Shown: positions 58,495 to 64,000 of the stretch, piece after piece
How the letters are laid out: each line of letters begins with the position of its first letter
Position numbering within the stretch: position 1 is the first letter of the stretch
Position numbers and translations under genes: made by a program
Virus record (IMG/VR): IMGVR_UViG_3300017951_000010
Coordinates: 27,412-91,411 of that record
Length of the DNA: 64,000 nt
Reading direction: 5' to 3' (one strand)
Origin: a virus
Notes under the pieces: generated by a model
What the model was told of the DNA's origin: nothing
Seen by the model: the letters and a program-made list of their open reading frames with translations, nothing else
The model's database searches: none

Positions 58495-59292
58495 TTATCG
58501 CTTTCGCATGCCGTTAAACACAGTGATTTTCAGTTTGGAGTTGTCTGAATCGATGGATTTAAATGTATCAAAGTCAATGTTTAATTTTTCCAATAACTTG
58601 GTCATTGCTTTGACATCTTTTGGTAAGCACATGCCTCCATAACCTTTGAGATTCTCATTTACATCTAGGTAGGTGTCTTTACATCTACCAAACTTGACAA
58701 ATGCATCTTTCACGGCAGTGTAATCACAATCCAATCTACCACACACCTCATGCATGATGTTTGCAAATATGATCTTGTATGCGGCGAACACGTTGTTATA
58801 ATATTTCAATATCTCCGCTTCCGTGGGTTTCAATCTCACAGTTTCCTTTGGATAGTGACCGTGTGCTTCAACAAGTTTTTCGAACACAAACTTGTCATGT
58901 GTTCCCACAGCCAGTAGGTTGTGATTGTTTATAAAGTCGTCCGCGGCACAACGTTCTCGCAGAAACTCTGGCACGAAACACAACGTCAGATCATTAAACT
59001 CATTGATTGCTTTTTGAGTGAAGCCACACTCCACTGTGCTTTTGATTGCCACTATTCCTTTATATTCGTTGGCAGATAATTCTTTGAGCACACTAGTGAT
59101 GATGGTTGTGTCACAACTGCCGTCGTCCCCTTGGGGCGTAGGCACACACAGAAACACAATCTCGCTTGGGATGATATCCTTAATTGTGCTGTTTAGTTTG
59201 AGGTCATGGCAAAATATTTCGTGTCCTAATTTTTCAAACCCTGTGTTGATTGCGGACCCAACAACACCTAATCCAACAATGCCTATCTTCAT
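58495..59292 (-). CDS. UDP-glucose/GDP-mannose dehydrogenase family (short form)
   Basis: GLGVVG, CVPTP, KSTV, PEFLRE, AEILKY, GYGGMCLPKD. Confidence 0.9.
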   Translation of the reverse strand: MKIGIVGLGVVGSAINTGFEKLGHEIFCHDLKLNSTIKDIIPSEIVFLCVPTPQGDDGSCDTTIITSVLKELSANEYKGIVAIKSTVECGFTQKAINEFNDLTLCFVPEFLRERCAADDFINNHNLLAVGTHDKFVFEKLVEAHGHYPKETVRLKPTEAEILKYYNNVFAAYKIIFANIMHEVCGRLDCDYTAVKDAFVKFGRCKDTYLDVNENLKGYGGMCLPKDVKAMTKLLEKLNIDFDTFKSIDSDNSKLKITVFNGMRKR

Positions 59293-60146
59293 AGCAACGA
59301 CTCCACTGTTTCTTTCATGCCATCACGGAGAGTGGTGTATCTTTCAAAACCGGTCAGGTCTTTGAGCAGGCTAGTGTCGGGACATCTTCTTAAAACAGAC
59401 CCTCTGGGTCCTTCTCGTATTTCCAACAGTGTTGGATCAACGCCCATAATGTCCATTATGCATTTGGCAACGTCCTCTATCTTTATCTCTTCCTGTTTGC
59501 CAACGTTCACTATCTTGTCATTGGCGTGCAACACTAAATTGTGAGTCATGGCGACAGCATCATCCACGTAACAGAAACTTCTTGTATCGTTTCCTTTGAT
59601 GTAGTACTCACCCTGCTTTGCTCTCTCAACGAACTCACTTATGAAATGATCCCGTTGTCCGGGGCCGTACACATTGAAATACCTTATGATCAACCAGTGT
59701 GTAGAAAGATTGGATATCAAATTTTCTCCTAACGCTTTTGGAATGCTGTAACTCCACCTAGGGTTCATGATGTCATCAAACATAATAGGGACTTGTTCGT
59801 CGGTTGGCACATCATAAAGACCCTTGTCCACCGCACCATTAAATATTTCACACGTGCTGGTGAAAACTATTTTGGTGGGTGAGTCCTTGTAACGTTCAAC
59901 AATGTGCATGGTAGGCAATGTGTTGTTCATTGTTACTTCTGTTGGTGTTTCATAAAAAAGCCTTGTGCCGTTTGTTGCCGCCATGTGTACAATGACGTCA
60001 CAGTCTGGCATGTTGTCCACAACAGACTTGTCCTTGAGGTCTTGTCCGTCTGCTAGATCATAAGTTGTTACGTCATGCTTGTCCTTGATGTGATTTAGAT
60101 AATGACTGCCAATAAACCCTTTATGGCCAGTGAGAACTATTCTCAT
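59289..60146 (-). CDS. NAD-dependent nucleotide-sugar epimerase/dehydratase
   Basis: TGHKGFIG, HMAA, YSIPK, RYFNVYGP, TRSFCYVDD. Confidence 0.88.
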   Translation of the reverse strand: MRIVLTGHKGFIGSHYLNHIKDKHDVTTYDLADGQDLKDKSVVDNMPDCDVIVHMAATNGTRLFYETPTEVTMNNTLPTMHIVERYKDSPTKIVFTSTCEIFNGAVDKGLYDVPTDEQVPIMFDDIMNPRWSYSIPKALGENLISNLSTHWLIIRYFNVYGPGQRDHFISEFVERAKQGEYYIKGNDTRSFCYVDDAVAMTHNLVLHANDKIVNVGKQEEIKIEDVAKCIMDIMGVDPTLLEIREGPRGSVLRRCPDTSLLKDLTGFERYTTLRDGMKETVESLL

Positions 60147-60946
60147 TTCCAGTACTCCTGTTCGGATCTTTCTGCCTTGACCTTATCTTTGAAATCTTCT
60201 ATGTTGCTTCTGCCTTTTGCTTTTCTGGCATCACCCTTCAAGTGGTCCATGAATGTTCCCAGTATTGTATTAACAAACGGATGTCGCTTTCCTAGGCCTT
60301 CGGGGCCTGTGATGTCGTTGCTCTTAGCACCGTGTGTTTGTTCAGTGATCCGACGTGCTGTGTCGTACGTAAAACAATCTACCTGGTATTCTAGTTCAAA
60401 TATCTTGCCTGTGGTGTAAAGGTCTTGAAAAGTCTCTGCGAAGTTCCTAACATTAGGATGTTGAAGATTGTACATAATAAACCCTGTCTCTGTAAATGGC
60501 AACTTCTTATTATTTGGTCTCCCTACGTAGGCTGTAAAATTATCATCTGGCAATAGTTTTTTAAGTTCTTCGATAGGCGGGTCTGCAAAGGTAACGGTGT
60601 CCGCATCAATGAACAACAAAGTGTCTGCCTGGCTGTTCATGATTCTATGACACTGTGCAAACACCTTGTAGCAGAACTTGATCGCGTCATACTTGAAATC
60701 ACGCACACCATTCCTGATGCCGTTGTTTTGTTCATTGTTGTGTTGTTGCAAGAAATCTTTTATCTCAGGACAAGTTTCAAATATGTCGTGTTCGACAACC
60801 CTAGGATCGTCTATTGCAGTCTTAACATTCTCACAGTAAAGATGAATGTTTACGTCGTTGGGCCAGTGCTGTAGGAATGTTTCGACCATTCTTTTACCAT
60901 ACTGTTCCCAACCTGCCTTGTGGAATGTAGTGAGCACTTCTATCAT
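60143..60946 (-). CDS. GT-A glycosyltransferase paralog
   Basis: YDAIKFCYKVF, FIDAD, ETG, VDCF, HPFVNTILGTFMDHLKG; ATG lies 6 nt after a minus-strand TAAATA. Confidence 0.7.
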   Translation of the reverse strand: MIEVLTTFHKAGWEQYGKRMVETFLQHWPNDVNIHLYCENVKTAIDDPRVVEHDIFETCPEIKDFLQQHNNEQNNGIRNGVRDFKYDAIKFCYKVFAQCHRIMNSQADTLLFIDADTVTFADPPIEELKKLLPDDNFTAYVGRPNNKKLPFTETGFIMYNLQHPNVRNFAETFQDLYTTGKIFELEYQVDCFTYDTARRITEQTHGAKSNDITGPEGLGKRHPFVNTILGTFMDHLKGDARKAKGRSNIEDFKDKVKAERSEQEYWK

Positions 60947-60970
60947 CGCCAATATTTAAGTACCGTTATA

Positions 60971-60999
60971 TTGACGGTTGTTATTTTATGTGCTATGTT
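60971..60999 (+). promoter_or_regulatory. sigma70-type promoter
   Basis: TTGACG, 17-nt spacer, TATGTT with TG extension. Confidence 0.45.
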
Positions 61000-61066
61000 A
61001 AAGAAGCATACCAGTTATGCTTGAAACACATAAATAATTTACCCATAAAGGGGCAGGAGGACACTT

Positions 61067-61246
61067 ATGAGAGATACAAAATCAATACTTGCTTATGCAA
61101 AAGAAATGCAGAAGAAGGCAAAGGAATCGGTGTTGAACAAAGTCTTGCGTAAAGAAGTCGAGGTAGGGGCCAACGGTACTCAGCAGTACGTCATTAAGCA
61201 AGGCGCCAACAGAGGCAAGATAGCCGACAAAGATTCATTTCAGTAA
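61067..61246 (+). CDS. small basic protein (59 aa)
   Basis: MRDTKSILAY...EVEVGANGTQQYVIKQGANRGK; SD GGAGG. Confidence 0.65.
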   Translation: MRDTKSILAYAKEMQKKAKESVLNKVLRKEVEVGANGTQQYVIKQGANRGKIADKDSFQ

Positions 61247-61282
61247 ACATTATTGGGAACAAGAGCAAGTTAAATAACCGCG

Positions 61283-61594
61283 ATGGAATTTTTTAACAGC
61301 AAACAATTCATGGCGATAATCATAATCGTCTTGGTGCTATGCACTTTGATGGGTTGCGCCAAGAAACCGCTCGAAACACAAGGGCCGAGCCAGGCCACCA
61401 CGATGGATGCTGTGGGCAAGATGAAGGGCATAGGACTTGTGATAGGTTGCGTGTTTGCTCCCAATAATGAAGAATGTAAAGATTTGAGATCCGGGAAAAA
61501 GGATGAAAAGCCACACGAGTCTCAGGAAGAATACAACCAAAAAGTCAATAACGAATGGAGCGAGCTAGACGAGGATGCCGTCGACACCAAATAA
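61283..61594 (+). CDS. putative lipoprotein
   Basis: Hydrophobic signal with lipobox LMGC; TAAATA 61271-61276 upstream. Confidence 0.6.
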   Translation: MEFFNSKQFMAIIIIVLVLCTLMGCAKKPLETQGPSQATTMDAVGKMKGIGLVIGCVFAPNNEECKDLRSGKKDEKPHESQEEYNQKVNNEWSELDEDAVDTK

Positions 61595-61952
61595 TTTTAA
61601 GGTAACAAACGCCATAGGCGAGACCGACAACTACTTCGGGGCGGAAGTTCAGTTCTTCCACATCACCTTGATACAGAGCGACAGTTCGGTGCTTGACGTA
61701 AGAAATGAGCTGGGCTACGACGAAACGGTGCACAACCTCACCAGGACCATCCTGCAGAGGGGTACAATAATATTCCAGAGAATAGATAATGCGGCATCGG
61801 GAAGAATAGACATCACAATGGAGAGGTCGGGATGGACAGCCTCAACATTGCAATCCGCAATAAGGGCCATGGGCGACAGTGTTGGCGTCAACGACACATC
61901 AGTGAGTCTCTCTGTTGTTGCTGAGACCGAACTCAAACTAGATAACAGTTAA
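61575..61952 (+). CDS. hypothetical protein, possibly virion-associated
   Basis: 125-aa ORF. Confidence 0.55.
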   Translation: MPSTPNNFKVTNAIGETDNYFGAEVQFFHITLIQSDSSVLDVRNELGYDETVHNLTRTILQRGTIIFQRIDNAASGRIDITMERSGWTASTLQSAIRAMGDSVGVNDTSVSLSVVAETELKLDNS

Positions 61953-62260
61953 ATTTTCAATCCAGGTATTATATCTATGCCTTGTAGTTCCTTGGGCTTG
62001 CCTTTGGGATAGTCTGGCTCTATCACGAACTCCTCCGTGGCGTCCGCGTTCTGGCATCCGGCCGCCAGCCAGTCGTATTCAAAATTCATCTTGTTAACGA
62101 AATCCCACAACACGTCGTAGGTACCTCTGTCTGGATCCTTTAGAAGCAGTTCCTTCTTGCACTCCTCCATCGTCCTGAACTCCTGGTCCAACTGGAAGGT
62201 CTGCATTGTGGATGACGGGTCCTGGCCTATCAGGTAGGCCAGAATCAGTAATTTGTACAT
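61949..62260 (-). CDS. hypothetical exported protein
   Basis: MYKLLILAYLIG start; two Cys. Confidence 0.55.
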   Translation of the reverse strand: MYKLLILAYLIGQDPSSTMQTFQLDQEFRTMEECKKELLLKDPDRGTYDVLWDFVNKMNFEYDWLAAGCQNADATEEFVIEPDYPKGKPKELQGIDIIPGLKI

Positions 62261-62261
62261 C

Positions 62262-62492
62262 CTAATTTGCCGGTCTCGCCTCTTGTGCTCTTGACTTCTC
62301 TTTCTTGGGTAGAAGTTCACAAGCCTCCGTCGACGGTTTGTTGCTTAGGTCTTTGTCCGCGATCCACACCCAAGAGTAACTGATGCTGTCGCCTTCGACT
62401 AAACATCTCTTACCGATCAACAGTTCTGGATTGCTTGGGATAGCACAGCCTGTGACTGCAAATAGGAAAATTATAGATATTATTTTTTTCAT
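62262..62492 (-). CDS. putative lipoprotein
   Basis: MKKIISIIFLFAVTGC lipobox. Confidence 0.6.
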   Translation of the reverse strand: MKKIISIIFLFAVTGCAIPSNPELLIGKRCLVEGDSISYSWVWIADKDLSNKPSTEACELLPKKEKSRAQEARPAN

Positions 62493-62577
62493 ATGTGATA
62501 TTTATGTACGCACATTATAGCACACTTCTGTTGTTTGTAAACCACATAAATACCAAAAAACATAAGAGGAGCATATC

Positions 62578-62691
62578 ATGTTTATATCATTAGGAATCAT
62601 AATTGGTTTCGCCGCAGGTTGGTACGCCAACGAAAAATGGGATGACCTTAAATCCCTAGGCGCAAAAGCGATTTTCTGGAAAAAGAAATAA
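62578..62691 (+). CDS. small membrane protein (37 aa)
   Basis: MFISLGIIIGFAAGWYANEKW...; SD GAGGAG. Confidence 0.6.
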   Translation: MFISLGIIIGFAAGWYANEKWDDLKSLGAKAIFWKKK

Positions 62692-62879
62692 TGTTCACCA
62701 AGTTCGTATTCATGTTGCTGTTCACGGCCAACACGCCCGAGCAGACAACATGGGTGTGGCCTGAGGCCTACACCTACCCAGAAGAGAGGCAAGTCATTGC
62801 GAGCTATCCTGTTCTGCCAGTGGAACAGCACGTCATAGAAAAAATTATCATCCCGTTGCCAAAACCCAAGTTAAATTAG
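62691..62879 (+). CDS. hypothetical protein
   Basis: 62 aa, coupled to the previous ORF. Confidence 0.5.
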   Translation: MFTKFVFMLLFTANTPEQTTWVWPEAYTYPEERQVIASYPVLPVEQHVIEKIIIPLPKPKLN

Positions 62880-62888
62880 TTTGCTATT

Positions 62889-63005
62889 TGTAAATTTTGT
62901 AAATTTAAATTTACAAAAGATTTACATCATTTACAGCGTACGGCTAGGTTTTTGGCCAAATCCGTGTATAATTTACTATAAGTAAATTTACAAACTTAAT
63001 TTACA
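62889..63005. repeat. AT-rich palindrome plus ATTTAC(A) repeat array
   Basis: Perfect 24-bp palindrome TTTTGTAAATTTAAATTTACAAAA 62895-62918; ATTTACA at 62909, 62920, 62929, 62986, 62999. Confidence 0.75.
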
Positions 63006-63018
63006 AAAGGAAACAAAA

Positions 63019-63180
63019 ATGTACGCAGACAAGAAAAAAAGCCAAAAGGTTTATGTGGAAAGCAAATGTGTTTCTCGTGACGACTGTTGTTGGGATGAAA
63101 CACCAGAGACGGAAGTCGTTGTGAATTCAAAACAAGATACCACCAGAGAGTGGCCCGCACACTGGAAAGTGATACAATAG
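63019..63180 (+). CDS. small protein (53 aa)
   Basis: MYADKKKSQKVYVESKCVSRDDCCW...; SD AAGGA; directly downstream of the repeat array. Confidence 0.45.
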   Translation: MYADKKKSQKVYVESKCVSRDDCCWDETPETEVVVNSKQDTTREWPAHWKVIQ

Positions 63181-63231
63181 ACCATGTGGCCTGTAACAGA
63201 CGAAGAACAATCTTGGTTATCTAAAAAGTAA

Positions 63232-63816
63232 CTATTCTAACAGTTCGTGTATACCGTAGTATAGGAAGTATATCGCCAACGCAGTGAATATCCATCTGCT
63301 GGCACGGAATATCTTGCCTATGGGTATCTGCTTGATGCGATTACTGAACAAGTAGCAGACAACGGCCAACGCACCTATGCCGGCAACTGCGCCAACACCT
63401 ATATCAATCAATGAGGTTCCGGCCACCCAAAGTCCGGACAGGAATGCCACGACTTCTGCGCCTTCCCTGAACACTGTCAGGAACACTATGGTCGCCAGGG
63501 CTATCATGCTACCCGAGATGCTGTTCTTGATATCTTTCATGTGCTGTGCGGCGCCATGGCAGAACCATGCCGTCCAGAACAACAAACCGGATGCCACGAG
63601 TGCGGTCCAGGCCTCCACCGAATCAAAATCGTTCTGTATGAAATCTATCGCGAAGTAACCCAACGTCGCACTAGCGATCAGCGCCACGATCGTGCTCGCC
63701 ATCACTGTGATCTTCTGCCTGTTGGTGTTTGCCATCAGCCACGCCATCTGCACTATGAGATAGGCCTCTAGGCCTTCCCTGAACCATATGAACGTTGATG
63801 CTGTTATGCCTGTCAT
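63232..63816 (-). CDS. FTR1/EfeU-family iron permease
   Basis: Two RExxE motifs (REGLE, REGAE) in a multi-TM protein. Confidence 0.88.
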   Translation of the reverse strand: MTGITASTFIWFREGLEAYLIVQMAWLMANTNRQKITVMASTIVALIASATLGYFAIDFIQNDFDSVEAWTALVASGLLFWTAWFCHGAAQHMKDIKNSISGSMIALATIVFLTVFREGAEVVAFLSGLWVAGTSLIDIGVGAVAGIGALAVVCYLFSNRIKQIPIGKIFRASRWIFTALAIYFLYYGIHELLE

Positions 63817-63822
63817 GTTGTT

Positions 63823-63851
63823 ATTGTACTGCAAATAGTTAGCAATCGCAA
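63823..63851 (-). promoter_or_regulatory. sigma70 promoter with overlapping Fur-like dyad
   Basis: Minus strand TTGCGA, 17-nt spacer, TACAAT, 6 nt before ATG; imperfect 7-1-7 dyad TGCAAAT-A-GTTAGCA 63830-63844. Confidence 0.55.
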
Positions 63852-63864
63852 CCTAGTTGGTAAA

Positions 63865-64000
63865 CTAAACTTGGTCCATGATACTGTTCCACAGGTCAAC
63901 GTCTGACCGGTAAACGCTTTTGACCTTGTCTATCTGCTCTTGTGTCAGTGTGGGTCTGGGATAATGACTCTGATTTATAGGAACGCCAGTGACCGTGCCA
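63865..64000 (-). CDS. C-terminal fragment of a probable sulfotransferase-like protein (runs off the window)
   Basis: ...PINQSHYPRPTLTQEQIDKVKSVYRSDVDLW... Confidence 0.45.
   Translation of the reverse strand, partial: GTVTGVPINQSHYPRPTLTQEQIDKVKSVYRSDVDLWNSIMDQV

Noticed and set aside
1-64000. CRISPR array, integrase, transposase, intron or intein
   Set aside because: No repeat-spacer array or recombinase motifs seen; TerL, helicases, UvsX and DnaE are uninterrupted; the TnsA-like ORF at 427 fits gp4 by context

Overview
This 64 kb window reads as part of a large T4-related (jumbo-type) tailed phage genome. The host is plausibly a marine alphaproteobacterium such as SAR11, but that is inference only. 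Core genes: gp4-like head completion nuclease, TerS, TerL, head-associated proteins, gp32 SSB, UvsX, UvsY, UvsW, gp62-like clamp loader subunit, primase and gp41 helicase. There are two DnaE (Pol III alpha) family proteins: a 196-aa minimal core, and a ~563-aa enzyme lacking the PHP domain that follows endonuclease III. About half the window is accessory. It holds roughly 11 glycosyltransferase-like genes, nucleotide-sugar enzymes, methyltransferases, sulfotransferase-like, SGNH-like and 2OG-Fe(II) oxygenase-like genes, and five radical SAM proteins. It also carries a complete five-gene Liv-type ABC importer set tail-to-tail with a DUF1445/D-glutamate cyclase-like gene, an FTR1 iron permease behind a Fur-like box, and four tRNAs (Thr-UGU, Ala-GGC, Arg-CCU and the unusual Arg-GCG). 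Non-coding signals include a TAA(A/T)TA late-promoter-like box 4-8 nt before many start codons, several sigma70-like promoters, a 12-mer leader motif shared by gp32 and the long DnaE, a repeat-bearing junction with an abrupt GC jump near 50.85 kb, and a palindrome/ATTTACA array near 62.9 kb. All calls come from motif recognition by eye; no database searches were run.
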